DNA of 64,000 bases, from NCBI GenBank assembly GCA_041651015.1, contig JBAZKA010000001.1, positions 205,158 through 269,157 on the forward strand. The letters are read 5' to 3'. The position numbers and the translations under genes were made by a program. Source of the stretch: Patescibacteria group bacterium (GTDB lineage Bacteria > Patescibacteriota > Patescibacteriia > Magasanikbacterales > GWA2-37-8). Within the stretch, counting starts at the first letter, position 1, and each line of letters opens with the position of its first letter. The notes below the pieces were generated by a model. It saw only the letters and a program-made list of their open reading frames with translations. It did no database searches and was not told the origin of the DNA. Positions 1 to 9,784 of the stretch are shown here, piece after piece.

Positions 1-288
1 AAAAATATCCCAAGTGATTATGAAGGTGTGATGGGTGTGCCGATTAGTATTATGGATAAATATAGTCCGGAGCAGTTTATAATTTTAGGAACAAATGATA
101 ATGGTCTTGTTGATGATAAATATAAGAAAACACCAGGTCTAACAAGAGAATTTGTTGACGATTATTACAAAGCTGGCGGTACAGGGGCATATAAGGAAGG
201 CAACCCAACAGCTGGTTATTACGAGAACAACATTGCAAAGATGGCATATAAAAGAATTTTTATAAAGCACAAGAAAGTCAAAAAATAA
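1..288 (+). CDS. DNA adenine methyltransferase, C-terminal fragment (EcoRI-methylase-like phage/plasmid-type family); 5' end outside window
   Basis: The frame is open from nt 1, with no stop before the listed GTG at 28. The C-terminal block ...GVPISIMDKYSPEQFIILG...AYKRIFIKHKK matches, from memory, the conserved tail of pfam13651-like N6-adenine MTases. Stop TAA at 286-288. Confidence 0.45.
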   Translation, partial: KNIPSDYEGVMGVPISIMDKYSPEQFIILGTNDNGLVDDKYKKTPGLTREFVDDYYKAGGTGAYKEGNPTAGYYENNIAKMAYKRIFIKHKKVKK

Positions 289-291
289 ATT

Positions 292-1650
292 ATGAAAAAT
301 AAATTTAAAGAATTTTATCGATATAAGGATAACGAAATAGAAAAAATCTGGAAGGAGTGTATTTTTGTTTTTGATACAAATATTCTTTTAGATCTTTATA
401 GATATAGCAAATCAACCTCAGATAAATTTATCAAAATACTGAAAAAAATAACCCAAGAAGAAAGATTGTGGTTGCCTCACCAAGTAGGTTTAGAATTTAA
501 CAAAAAGAGAATAATTTTGATATCTGACCTGAAGAAATCATATTCTGACATAAAAGAAACTATTGAAAATTCGTTTAATGATGCTCAAAAGAAAATTGAC
601 GATAAATATCACAAAGAACATCCTTTTATAAATTTAAAAGAAATTGAATCAGAAATTGAAAAATGCAAAAAGATCATTTCAAAAACCATAGAAACGAATG
701 AAAAAAGTCATCCCGATTGGTTCAATAAGGATGAAATTTTTGAAGCGATAACAGAAATATTTGAAAATAAAGTTGGAGATGAATATAAAAAAGAAGAACT
801 TTCAAAAATATTTGAAGAAGGAAAGGAAAGATACGCAAACAAGATACCTCCTGGTTATGAAGATTTAAAAAATAAGGAAGATGGTAGAGAATACGGCGAT
901 CTGATTTTATGGTTTCAGATAATTGATATGGCGAAATCATCTAAGAAATCGATTGTTTTTATAACCCGAGATAATAAATCAGATTGGTGGTGGAAACAAT
1001 CAGGAGATACTATCGGTCCTCGACACGAATTAAAATATGAGATAAATAAAAAGGCAGGTGTTGATTTCCATATGTACAGTTCCGAAAAATTTTTAGAGTA
1101 TGCATCAGATTATTACAAAGAAACAGTTGACCAAAAATCAATCAAAGAGGTCAAGAGAATGAGCCGTCTTTTAGAAGAAAAAAATTATATAATGCATAAA
1201 ATGATGAATTTAAAATGGTTTAAGACCCCTTTTGTTCACGAATTTATTATGCAACAGGAAATGCTTAATAAAGAGCTGGCTAATCTTGTTAGAGAGACGC
1301 ACATAGATGAAGAGATTTTATTTGAATTTAGTAGAAATCAAGAAAGAGTTATGCATTTTATAGAACATATTTCAAATGAGGAAAGACCGCACCCTATGAT
1401 GTTTGAGGAGTTGTCTATGCTCAAAGAAAAAATGCAAATAGGATTGTTAGACTTTATGAAATCAAGAGAGATGGATGAGCGTCAAAAAGAATACCTAATG
1501 AGATTTCTTGAAAGAATGAATGAATCCTATATGATGTTAATAAGGTGTGCAGATAAGGAAGGTGTTTTTGAAAAATATTATCATAGAAATAAAATAAATA
1601 ATCATCGGTTGCAAAGATATTTAAGAGATGATGTAGAGTTAGAAAGTTAA
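292..1650 (+). CDS. PIN-like domain protein (predicted nuclease) with ~200-aa Met-rich helical C-terminal domain
   Basis: 452-aa ORF starting 3 nt after the MTase stop. It has PIN-type acidic motifs (FVFDTNILLDL, HQVGLEF, YGDLILWFQ, FITRDNKSDWW). The C-terminal half is predicted helical, with no fold I recognise. Confidence 0.5.
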   Translation: MKNKFKEFYRYKDNEIEKIWKECIFVFDTNILLDLYRYSKSTSDKFIKILKKITQEERLWLPHQVGLEFNKKRIILISDLKKSYSDIKETIENSFNDAQKKIDDKYHKEHPFINLKEIESEIEKCKKIISKTIETNEKSHPDWFNKDEIFEAITEIFENKVGDEYKKEELSKIFEEGKERYANKIPPGYEDLKNKEDGREYGDLILWFQIIDMAKSSKKSIVFITRDNKSDWWWKQSGDTIGPRHELKYEINKKAGVDFHMYSSEKFLEYASDYYKETVDQKSIKEVKRMSRLLEEKNYIMHKMMNLKWFKTPFVHEFIMQQEMLNKELANLVRETHIDEEILFEFSRNQERVMHFIEHISNEERPHPMMFEELSMLKEKMQIGLLDFMKSREMDERQKEYLMRFLERMNESYMMLIRCADKEGVFEKYYHRNKINNHRLQRYLRDDVELES

Positions 1651-1665
1651 ATTATAAACAATAAT

Positions 1666-2835
1666 ATGAAAACCACACTAAAAACCAATATCACGGTCAA
1701 GGATATTTGCGACGGGTTTGTCTATAATGAATTGGAAGGTAAGGGCTTATTTGGTTTGTCCGGCAAGCTCACAATCCAGCCGGAGTATCAGCGTAATTAT
1801 ATTTATGCCTCGGACGGCGGAAAAAGAGAAATGGCCGTTATTGAATCAATCCTCAAAGGTTACCCAATCGGCTTGATATATTTTAATAAAGTTTCTGAAA
1901 ACAATTTGGAAGTTTTGGACGGACAACAACGCATCACCAGCGTCGGGCGTTTCGTCACCGATAAATTTGCCATCAAAGATGAAAATGGCATGGAACAATA
2001 TTTTGGCGGTATGGCCAAAGACAAGAAAGCCAAGATAATGGAAACAAAATTACTTATTTATGAATGTGAAGGAACGGAAAGTCAAATAAAAGAATGGTTT
2101 AAAACGATTAATATCGCCGGTGTTCCGCTCAATAATCAGGAGTTGCTTAATGCTGTGTATTCCGGGCCGTTTGTGACACTTGGCAAGGAGGAATTTAGTA
2201 ATAGCCAAAATGCCAACATACAAAAATGGAGCGCGTATGTATCGGGTAGCGCGAACCGGCAAGATTTTTTGGAATGCGCGCTGGACTGGGTGAGCAAAGG
2301 CAATATCGGAGACTATATGAGCAGTCATCGATTTGATAAAAATATTACCGAGCTGAAAAAATATTTTAACAGCGTAGTTGACTGGGCATCAAGCGTGTTT
2401 ACTGATGTGGAAAGTGAAATGCGCGTATTGGAGTGGGGGAGATTGTACGAAGAGTACCACAAAAAAGCGTATAATTCTGCGAAAGTTTCTGCCGACGTAC
2501 AAAAGCTCTATGCAGATCCGTATATCAAAAATCGTAAAGGCATTTTTGAATATATCTTGGGCGGTTCTATAGACACAAAATTGCTTGAGGTTAGATTTTT
2601 TGATGACGCAACCAAAAAATTGGTATACAAAGAACAAACGACTAAAGCGGAAAAGAAAAGAGAATCTAACTGTCCGGATTGTGCTCTTGGGCATGAGGCA
2701 AATAAAGATAAAATTTGGAAACCAGACGAAATGGACGCCGACCATGTAACTGCGTGGAGCAAGGGAGGAAAAACAGCATCAAAAAATTGCCAGATGTTGT
2801 GTAAGACGCATAATCGAGCAAAGGGGAATCGATAA
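1666..2835 (+). CDS. DUF262 (ParB/GmrSD N-terminal-like) + HNH endonuclease protein
   Basis: Carries the DUF262 motifs IQPEYQRNY and LDGQQRITS. The C-terminus has an HNH motif (CPDCALGHE...[12 protein letters not shown]...[15 protein letters not shown]). 389 aa. Confidence 0.65.
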   Translation: MKTTLKTNITVKDICDGFVYNELEGKGLFGLSGKLTIQPEYQRNYIYASDGGKREMAVIESILKGYPIGLIYFNKVSENNLEVLDGQQRITSVGRFVTDKFAIKDENGMEQYFGGMAKDKKAKIMETKLLIYECEGTESQIKEWFKTINIAGVPLNNQELLNAVYSGPFVTLGKEEFSNSQNANIQKWSAYVSGSANRQDFLECALDWVSKGNIGDYMSSHRFDKNITELKKYFNSVVDWASSVFTDVESEMRVLEWGRLYEEYHKKAYNSAKVSADVQKLYADPYIKNRKGIFEYILGGSIDTKLLEVRFFDDATKKLVYKEQTTKAEKKRESNCPDCALGHEANKDKIWKPDEMDADHVTAWSKGGKTASKNCQMLCKTHNRAKGNR

Positions 2836-2885
2836 TAAAAAAATTATCAAAGTAAAATTACTAAATTTTTAGGAGGATAAAAAAT

Positions 2886-4298
2886 ATGACAAAAGAAGAA
2901 GTATTAAAAAAAATTAAATATGGTTTAGAAATATCAAGCGAACTTCCTGATCTTGAATTTAAGACTGCGGCGAGCAGCATTCCAAACGATATTTGGAGAA
3001 CTATCTCCGCTTTTGCGAATCGAAGAGGTGGGGGACTTGTTGTGTTCGGAGTTAACCAACAGGAAAACAAGATAACCGGTTGTTTTAATTTAGACCAGAT
3101 GCAAACTAAACTTACGGAATATTTTAATGATAAGATGAGTTTTGTTTTGCGACCGGAATATCACGTGATTGAAGACGGAGGGAAAAATATTTTAGCCGTT
3201 GTTATTCCGGAATGCCCAAAGGATTATATGCCCTGCTATTTTAAACCGATCGGACTTCCAAACGGCGCATATATTCGTGAGGCAAATACCAGTAGGATGA
3301 TTACCGATAATGAATTCAGAACATATGTCGCGACTTCAAAAGAATTTCAATTTGATTTGTCGGAAGCGGTGAATACCGATAAAGACGAAATTTCTACATC
3401 CAAAGTGACAAATCTGCTTGAACAAAGCGAATCTCAGGTGAAAAGAGGAGCGACACATATTATTGATGACACAGTACTTGAAAATTTAGGGATTATTTCC
3501 TCGTTTGATGGTGGGTATAAACCCACTATTGGAGGATATTTAATATTTGCTAAAATAATACCGCAAAACAAAAACCCCTACAATCGGTATACCGTTCGAT
3601 GTATTCGTTATGCTGGAAGCGATCCGTCATCTAAAATTATTGATGCTGTGGACATAACGGGAACGCTTGATTCTCAAATTGATGATGCTTACAAATTTGT
3701 TTTAAAAAATATCGCTAAAGATGCTGTAATTATTGGTACTAAGCGCGTTGAACGCTATGAATATCCTGAAGAAGGCGTTCGAGAATTAATAGCAAACGCC
3801 ATTATTCATCGCGACTATAAAATCATTGAAACATATACCCAAATACGAGTATTTAAAGATAGGATTGAAATAATTAATCCCGGATCTCTTCCACCCGGTG
3901 TTACAGTAGACAATATTAAAGAAGCGCAGTTCAGTCGCAATTCTATGATTGCCGCGAGACTTAAGGATATGCGCTATTTGGAAGAATATGGGCGCGGCAT
4001 TGATATTGTTATAAAGAAAATGTCTGATTGGAATTTACCCGATCCGTTATTTAGAAATTCTGTGAATAGTTTTGAAGCAATTCTTTTGGGCAATACATAC
4101 CGCGAGATTAATGATCGTCAAGCAAAAGTCATCGATGTTTTACTTATAAAAGGACGGCTTACTGTTCACGACTGCCAAAAAATATTAAAAGGAACGCCGA
4201 GGGCAACCATTAACAGCGATCTAAAAAAGTTAAGAGACCTTGGAATTTTGGTGCCAAATGGTGCCTCTGTCAATACATATTATACACTCTCTTTTTAG
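2886..4298 (+). CDS. AlbA_2 (Schlafen-like divergent AAA) / HATPase_c_4 / C-terminal wHTH putative regulator
   Basis: AGGAGG RBS 7 nt upstream. The N-terminus has the AlbA_2 signature (LEFKTAASSIPNDIWRTISAFANRRGGGLVVFGV). The central GRGIDIV motif is typical of the 'RecG C-terminal-like' HATPase domain. 470 aa. Confidence 0.6.
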   Translation: MTKEEVLKKIKYGLEISSELPDLEFKTAASSIPNDIWRTISAFANRRGGGLVVFGVNQQENKITGCFNLDQMQTKLTEYFNDKMSFVLRPEYHVIEDGGKNILAVVIPECPKDYMPCYFKPIGLPNGAYIREANTSRMITDNEFRTYVATSKEFQFDLSEAVNTDKDEISTSKVTNLLEQSESQVKRGATHIIDDTVLENLGIISSFDGGYKPTIGGYLIFAKIIPQNKNPYNRYTVRCIRYAGSDPSSKIIDAVDITGTLDSQIDDAYKFVLKNIAKDAVIIGTKRVERYEYPEEGVRELIANAIIHRDYKIIETYTQIRVFKDRIEIINPGSLPPGVTVDNIKEAQFSRNSMIAARLKDMRYLEEYGRGIDIVIKKMSDWNLPDPLFRNSVNSFEAILLGNTYREINDRQAKVIDVLLIKGRLTVHDCQKILKGTPRATINSDLKKLRDLGILVPNGASVNTYYTLSF

Positions 4299-4451
4299 AG
4301 GCTTTTAGAGGCAATGTCGAAAAGTCGCATAAAATAGGCCTTCCAACAGGTAAAATCAGGTATAGACATTTAAAGGCAATTATTACGAGCTGTTTACAAA
4401 AAGTTGAAAAAACTCTATTTGAAATAAAGAAAAGTAGCATAAAGTGCTAAT

Positions 4452-4979
4452 ATGAAAGATTCAATTGAAGAAAATTTAGCGTTTAAATTAACGGCGTATC
4501 TCGGTTTGCTAGGTGCGTGGTTATATTTAGTAAATCATTATCTTTCGTTCATTCCCTTGGGACCCAAATCGTTCATTCCATGGTGTGTGATTGTGCTTAG
4601 CTACGTACTATTTTATCCAATTGTTCAATTGACAATGATGCTCGTGTACACATCACTTTATCAAGTGCAAGTAGAGAAAGAGAAAATAGAGGAGATTAAA
4701 TCAAAATACGAAAGACACGCGAAAGAATTTTTTAATTGGTGGTCAATAGCGATATTACTAGCGCCTGCTTTCATAATAATTTCGTTTTTTCCGGATAAGT
4801 ACTGGTATCTTATAATTATATTCTCAATATTATGCGTGTTTATTATATGGTTTGTATGTTTTAAAAATATATTCGCGCTCAAAGACAGTATAAAATATTT
4901 TCAGTTTTTTTGGAAAAGATTATTAATATATACTTGTTTTTTTGCGGCACTCGTTTTTGCTCTATATAATTCAAGATAA
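4452..4979 (+). CDS. small integral membrane protein (about 4 TM helices), unknown function
   Basis: 175 aa, hydrophobic helices; very AT-rich. Confidence 0.4.
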   Translation: MKDSIEENLAFKLTAYLGLLGAWLYLVNHYLSFIPLGPKSFIPWCVIVLSYVLFYPIVQLTMMLVYTSLYQVQVEKEKIEEIKSKYERHAKEFFNWWSIAILLAPAFIIISFFPDKYWYLIIIFSILCVFIIWFVCFKNIFALKDSIKYFQFFWKRLLIYTCFFAALVFALYNSR

Positions 4980-4984
4980 ATAAA

Positions 4985-6412
4985 ATGTCCTACACCGTCG
5001 CCAAAAACACATCATTCCTCACCGCCGCGTCCATCGGACAAAAGCTGATTTCTTTTGTTTATTTTACGATTGTCGCCCGGCTCATCGGAGTAGAGAACAC
5101 GGGCCAATATTTTTTCGCTTTGACTTATCAAAGCATATTCGCCGTGGTGGCGGATTTCGGCTCGGCCGCGGTCCTGACGCGCGAGATGGCGAAGTTTCCG
5201 GAAAAAATCCAATCAATATTTTCCACCGCCCTGGGCAACAAACTTTTGTTCGGTTCAGTCGCGTATATTTTGGTGGCCGTGTCTGTCAATGTGCTCGGCT
5301 ATGCCCCTGATGTAAAGAATCTGATTTATCTCGCGGGCGCGACCATGTTTTTTGATAACTTCCACTCGTTGTTTTATGCCGTGTTCCGCGCCAACCGCAA
5401 TTTGAAATATGAATCTTTCGGCATTGTCGGTTCGCAATTTTTGACTTTGATCGTGGGCTCAGTCGCCCTTATCAATCACTGGTCCCTGATTTGGCTCATC
5501 GCTGCCTACACCATCCCGAGCGTTTTGAATGTTTTGTATTCGGGATTTTTTGTTTTGCGTACCACGGCCGTCCGTCTCAAATTATCTTTTGAAAAATCCA
5601 TGTGGCGCGAGTTTTTGATTATGGCCTGGCCGTTTGCTTGCGCCGGCATTATCGGCCGGTTGTATTCGTATAGCGACAGTTTGCTCATGTCCAAAATGCT
5701 CACCGGACGGGAACTGGGCGCGTGGAGCGTGCCGTACAAAATCACTTTTGCTTTTCAGTTTGTCGCCTTGTCCTTGTCCGCGAGCGTTTATCCGGTTTTT
5801 AGCGCGCTTTGGACCACGGACAAACCGGCCCTCGCGAAATTATTTGAAAAATCCTGGCGCTATTTGTTTAGTATTGTCTTTCCACTTTCGGCCGGCATCT
5901 TTGCTATTGCCGCGCAATTTATCATGAAGGTTTATGGCGCGGATTACGCGGATTCAATTTTTCCTTTACGCGTGTTGTCCATCAGTTTGGTGTTCGGCTA
6001 CTTGGCGATTATTTGCGCTTCCATGTTGAACGCCATCGGCCAGCAACGCAAACAAACCTTGCTTATGTCCATCGCCCTGGTCGCGAGTGTTGCCAGTAAT
6101 CTAGTTTTGCTTCCGCGCTATGGTATAAACGGCGCGGCCTTTTCCGCGTTATTCAGTAATTTTCTGATGTGGGGAATCGCTTTCGTGTTTGTAAAAAAAT
6201 ACACAAACGTGGATTGTAAAATCATTTTCAAATACGCTTTACAAACATTGGTGCCGGCTTTTATCATGGGCGCTTTGGTTTATTGGCTGTGCGCGCGGAT
6301 GAGTTTTGTTATTGCCGCGCCCATTGGCGCTGTTGTCTATTTTGCTTTACTGTTTTTGACCGGCGGATTGAACAAAGAAATTATCAATGAAGTTAAGACA
6401 AAAATGCTATGA
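4985..6412 (+). CDS. polysaccharide biosynthesis protein / oligosaccharide flippase (Wzx, MOP superfamily)
   Basis: 475-aa polytopic membrane protein with a flippase-like N-terminus (TSFLTAASIGQKLISFVYFTIVARLIG...GQYFFALTY). It lies directly upstream of two glycosyltransferase genes. Confidence 0.6.
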   Translation: MSYTVAKNTSFLTAASIGQKLISFVYFTIVARLIGVENTGQYFFALTYQSIFAVVADFGSAAVLTREMAKFPEKIQSIFSTALGNKLLFGSVAYILVAVSVNVLGYAPDVKNLIYLAGATMFFDNFHSLFYAVFRANRNLKYESFGIVGSQFLTLIVGSVALINHWSLIWLIAAYTIPSVLNVLYSGFFVLRTTAVRLKLSFEKSMWREFLIMAWPFACAGIIGRLYSYSDSLLMSKMLTGRELGAWSVPYKITFAFQFVALSLSASVYPVFSALWTTDKPALAKLFEKSWRYLFSIVFPLSAGIFAIAAQFIMKVYGADYADSIFPLRVLSISLVFGYLAIICASMLNAIGQQRKQTLLMSIALVASVASNLVLLPRYGINGAAFSALFSNFLMWGIAFVFVKKYTNVDCKIIFKYALQTLVPAFIMGALVYWLCARMSFVIAAPIGAVVYFALLFLTGGLNKEIINEVKTKML

Positions 6413-7521
6413 AAACATTAATCATCACCCTTGAGTATCCGCCTCAGATCGGCGGTATCGCTTCATACGCCTACAATCTGGCCAAACATTTACCGGCCGA
6501 GGAGACGTTTGTCTGGTCTCCAACTATGACGGGCGATGTTGATTTTGACGCGAAAAATCCGTGGAAAACATTTCGCGGTAAACCGTATTATGTTTTCTTT
6601 TGGCCTCGCTGGCTTCGTTGGTACCGGCAAATCAAAAAAATCGTGAAGCAAGAAAAGATTGAACGCCTGCTCATCCAGCATGCCTTGCCCGGGGGATACA
6701 TCGGCTACATGATAAATAAATTACTCAAAGTGCCGTATCGCGTATTTTTTCATGGCTCGGATTTGGAAATTGGTTTAAAAAAGAAATTGAAAAAATTAAC
6801 ATTGGTTTGCGCCAAAGCCGAGAAAATAATTGTCAGCAGTGAGTTTTTGAAAACAAAAATATTGTCGCGTTGTGAAAATATCGCGCCCGTGATCGTGGTG
6901 CATCCGGCGCCGGGTGATCATTTCCTCACGCCGATCAAGCCCGAGGAAGTGGCCTCGGTGCGCCGTTCCTTGGCTTTGGACGGTAAGAATGTTATTATTT
7001 CGGTCGGACGCATTGCCGAGGGTAAAGGCTTCCCGCATCTGATGCGCTTGTTGCCAAAAATTGTGAAGCGCGTGCCTAATGCTGTTTTGCTTCTCATTGG
7101 CGACGGCCCGAAACGAAAAGCGCTTTTGGAATCCATCCAAGCAAATGGTTTGCAAAATTGCGTGCGCTATTTGGGCTTTATTCCCAATGAAGAATTGCCG
7201 AAATATTATCAGGCGGCGGATTTGTTTGCGCTCCTCACGCATCGTGATGAAAAATCCGAAGAAGGTTGGGGGACAGTATATATGGAAGCGGCCGCGTGCG
7301 GATTGCCGATTGTCGCGGGCAATGTGGGCGGAGTGGAGGAGGCGGTCAAACATTTGCAGACTGGAATTTTGGTGGATACGTATCAGGAGCTGGAAGTGAT
7401 TGGCGCGGTTTGCGATTTACTTTTGAAAGATGACTACGCGCGCGCTATGGGCTCGGCCGGACGCGAACGTGTTTTGAATGAGTTTGCTTGGGATAAACAA
7501 GTGCAAAAGATAATGGAGTAG
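6409..7521 (+). CDS. glycosyltransferase family 1 (GT4-type)
   Basis: Motifs EGKGFPHLMRLLP and GLPIVAGNVGGVEEAV (GT-B E-x7-E region). Overlaps the flippase stop by 4 nt. Confidence 0.65.
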   Translation: MKTLIITLEYPPQIGGIASYAYNLAKHLPAEETFVWSPTMTGDVDFDAKNPWKTFRGKPYYVFFWPRWLRWYRQIKKIVKQEKIERLLIQHALPGGYIGYMINKLLKVPYRVFFHGSDLEIGLKKKLKKLTLVCAKAEKIIVSSEFLKTKILSRCENIAPVIVVHPAPGDHFLTPIKPEEVASVRRSLALDGKNVIISVGRIAEGKGFPHLMRLLPKIVKRVPNAVLLLIGDGPKRKALLESIQANGLQNCVRYLGFIPNEELPKYYQAADLFALLTHRDEKSEEGWGTVYMEAAACGLPIVAGNVGGVEEAVKHLQTGILVDTYQELEVIGAVCDLLLKDDYARAMGSAGRERVLNEFAWDKQVQKIME

Positions 7522-7642
7522 CCACGTCGTCACTCATGAAATAATTGACCCCTTCCTCCCTAGACTTCGCCCCGTCTGAAGACGGCTCGTCAGATGGTCG
7601 TCAGGAGTAAATTATTTCACTCGTTATCATTTAATAGACATT

Positions 7643-8446
7643 ATGAGTTTAGTTAGTGTCATAATTCCAATATACAATCACGCCGAGGCGCTTGCGCAAA
7701 GCATGCGCACTCTTTTCGTGCAAACGCATCGGCCATTGGAAATCATCGCCATTAACGACGGCAGTACGGATAATGTGGAACCGGTGATTAAAAAAATTCA
7801 TGATTATTGTCATTCCGACCGAGTCCCGAAGGGACGAGTGGAGGAATCCCTTGACGTTTACGCCGCGACAAGGGATTCTTCGGTCGCAACGCTCCCTCAG
7901 AATGACAAGCAACAAATTGCTTTCAAATACATCACTCAAACCAACCAAGGCGCGCCCGCGGCCCGCAATCGCGGTTTTGCCGAATCAGTCGGCGACTTTG
8001 TGATATTTTGGGACGCGGACACCATTGCCCGGCCCGATATGCTTGAGAAAATGCTTTTGGCTCTCACAAATAACCCGCAAGCATCATACGCTTACTCGGA
8101 TTTTCAATTTGGCTGGAAAAAATTTACCGGACGGGAGTTTAATGCCGATGAATTAAGAAAAAATAATTTTATTGATGTTACCTCGCTCATCCGCCGGGCG
8201 GATTTTTGTGGGTTTGATACGACCATCAAACGATTCCAGGATTGGGATTTGTGGCTGACGCTTTTGAAAAAAAATAAAACCGGCGTCTATGTGCCGGAAA
8301 TGCTTTATCAAAAATTGGTAGGCAAACGAAAGGGGATCAGCGGATGGTTACCGCGCATCGCGTTTAATCTGCCGTGGAAATCCGCGTCTGTTCGCCGGTA
8401 TGAGACGGCGAAGAAGATTGTGGAGACGAAGCATGGGCTAAAATAA
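7643..8446 (+). CDS. glycosyltransferase family 2
   Basis: N-terminus VSVIIPIYNHAEALAQSMRTL...INDGSTDN is a classic GT2 signature, and a DAD motif is present. Confidence 0.65.
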   Translation: MSLVSVIIPIYNHAEALAQSMRTLFVQTHRPLEIIAINDGSTDNVEPVIKKIHDYCHSDRVPKGRVEESLDVYAATRDSSVATLPQNDKQQIAFKYITQTNQGAPAARNRGFAESVGDFVIFWDADTIARPDMLEKMLLALTNNPQASYAYSDFQFGWKKFTGREFNADELRKNNFIDVTSLIRRADFCGFDTTIKRFQDWDLWLTLLKKNKTGVYVPEMLYQKLVGKRKGISGWLPRIAFNLPWKSASVRRYETAKKIVETKHGLK

Positions 8447-9782
8447 TGGCAAGAAATATAAACCCGAACACATGAAATAGCGCGGGCGACGTGATATTTA
8501 TTACGAGCAATGCCACGAGCGGCGCGCAGATAACATGCCCGTTAGGGCTTTTTATATGATAAAACGCGGTCATGATAAGCGCAAACCAAATGATGAGCCC
8601 AGTAGCGCCCATCTCGGCCAGAATTTCCAAATACCCCCAGTCAAAATGCGGGGTGGTGATTAATTCGTTGTACACCGGACTCCACACAGTCACTGTGTCG
8701 CCAAGGCCTGTGCCGAATATTGGCGCCGAAGAAATCTTTTCCAGAATTTTGGGCAAGAGCAACATGCGCGAGAGGGAACTCTCTTCAATATGCGGGGCGA
8801 CGATACTGGTGGCGCGCAGTCCGAAATATTCCCAGCCCGGATTAGCTAAACCACCGACCAGAACATGCAAAAATGTGAACCAGCCGAATACGGAAAGCAA
8901 AATCACCGCCGAGTTGATCAGCCATCGGCGCCATAGTGTTTTAGTAAAAGCAAAGCACAAGCCGACGAGCAACGCCAAATAATATATGCGCGTCAGGTTG
9001 ACGGACAATATCGCGGCCGCGGCCGGAAGCGCCATATCGTTCACAAATTCAATTTTTTGTTTGACGCGGGTAATGAAATACAAGGCCACCGGAACAAGCA
9101 AGAGTTGTTCGTTCAAAATCACGCGGAAAAAATTCGCGCCCGTGTCGGTAATTTTACCCCCGCAAACATCGCGGAACCAATGATAATAATTATCTTGCAA
9201 AACAAAAATTCCAAATCCGTACATGAGCGAAGTAAAAACCGTGATCAGTCCGCAACCGATCAGCGCGCCGGCAATCATATTGAAAACTTCGCGTTTGAAT
9301 TTTTCATCGTGAAGCAAATCGCGCAAAGGAAAATAATACAGCAAAAATAAATAGGGGATGAAGTCGGAAATTATCAACGAAAGTACGTGATGGTTGTGAT
9401 AGCCAACGAACGCAGAAATTCCGGCCCAGATAATAAGCGCGAAAATTAGAAGAGATTGCTTCGTCGGCCTTCGGCCTTCTCGCAATGACATAATGAAGTA
9501 GATTCCCACAGACGCAATCAGCAAAAGCGTGCGGAGCGACACCGAACCGACTGAAAGCATATTTCCGCTCCCGCAAAAAATTATTTCACCGGCCACGATG
9601 AGCCAACCCCGCCAATCTTTTTTAATCAGCCAGTACATCGCGAGCGCGAGAACCGCAACCGCGACAATTATGTTCACAATCGAACCCGCGACGAGCGGAG
9701 TGACTGGGGTAAAAAAATACGTAAAAACCCGCACGGCAAAATAACCGGCTAAGTATATAAAAAATTTTTTCGGTGAGAACAT
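8364..9782 (-). CDS. O-antigen ligase / Wzy-like polytopic membrane protein
   Basis: 472 aa with at least 10 predicted TM helices and the large periplasmic loop pattern of the O-antigen-polymerase family. Its 3' end overlaps the convergent GT2 gene by 83 nt. Confidence 0.45.
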   Translation of the reverse strand: MFSPKKFFIYLAGYFAVRVFTYFFTPVTPLVAGSIVNIIVAVAVLALAMYWLIKKDWRGWLIVAGEIIFCGSGNMLSVGSVSLRTLLLIASVGIYFIMSLREGRRPTKQSLLIFALIIWAGISAFVGYHNHHVLSLIISDFIPYLFLLYYFPLRDLLHDEKFKREVFNMIAGALIGCGLITVFTSLMYGFGIFVLQDNYYHWFRDVCGGKITDTGANFFRVILNEQLLLVPVALYFITRVKQKIEFVNDMALPAAAAILSVNLTRIYYLALLVGLCFAFTKTLWRRWLINSAVILLSVFGWFTFLHVLVGGLANPGWEYFGLRATSIVAPHIEESSLSRMLLLPKILEKISSAPIFGTGLGDTVTVWSPVYNELITTPHFDWGYLEILAEMGATGLIIWFALIMTAFYHIKSPNGHVICAPLVALLVINITSPALFHVFGFIFLAIILAHASSPQSSSPSHTGEQTRISTAD

Positions 9783-9784
9783 AA

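Noticed and set aside
2050-3070. Antisense ORFs inside the DUF262-HNH and AlbA_2 genes (2050..2328, 2389..2745, 2508..2762, 2861..3070)
   Set aside because: They overlap strongly supported sense CDSs and have junk-like composition.
4299-4330. Tandem duplication GAGGCTTTTA-GAGGCTTTTA after the AlbA_2 gene
   Set aside because: Only two units of 10 bp, which is most likely a trivial slippage duplication rather than a functional repeat array.
5012-7399. Several antisense or alternative-frame ORFs in the GC-richer flippase/GT1 region (5012..5212, 5255..5437, 5506..5745, 5634..5927, 6796..7353, 7079..7399)
   Set aside because: Elevated GC content lengthens spurious ORFs. All lie inside genes with clear family motifs on the other strand or frame.
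7522-7642. Palindrome CGTCTGAAGACG and repeated TCGTCAG motifs between GT1 and GT2, considered as terminator or operator
   Set aside because: The stem is only 4 bp and there is no T-run. No known operator matches, so it is too weak to call.
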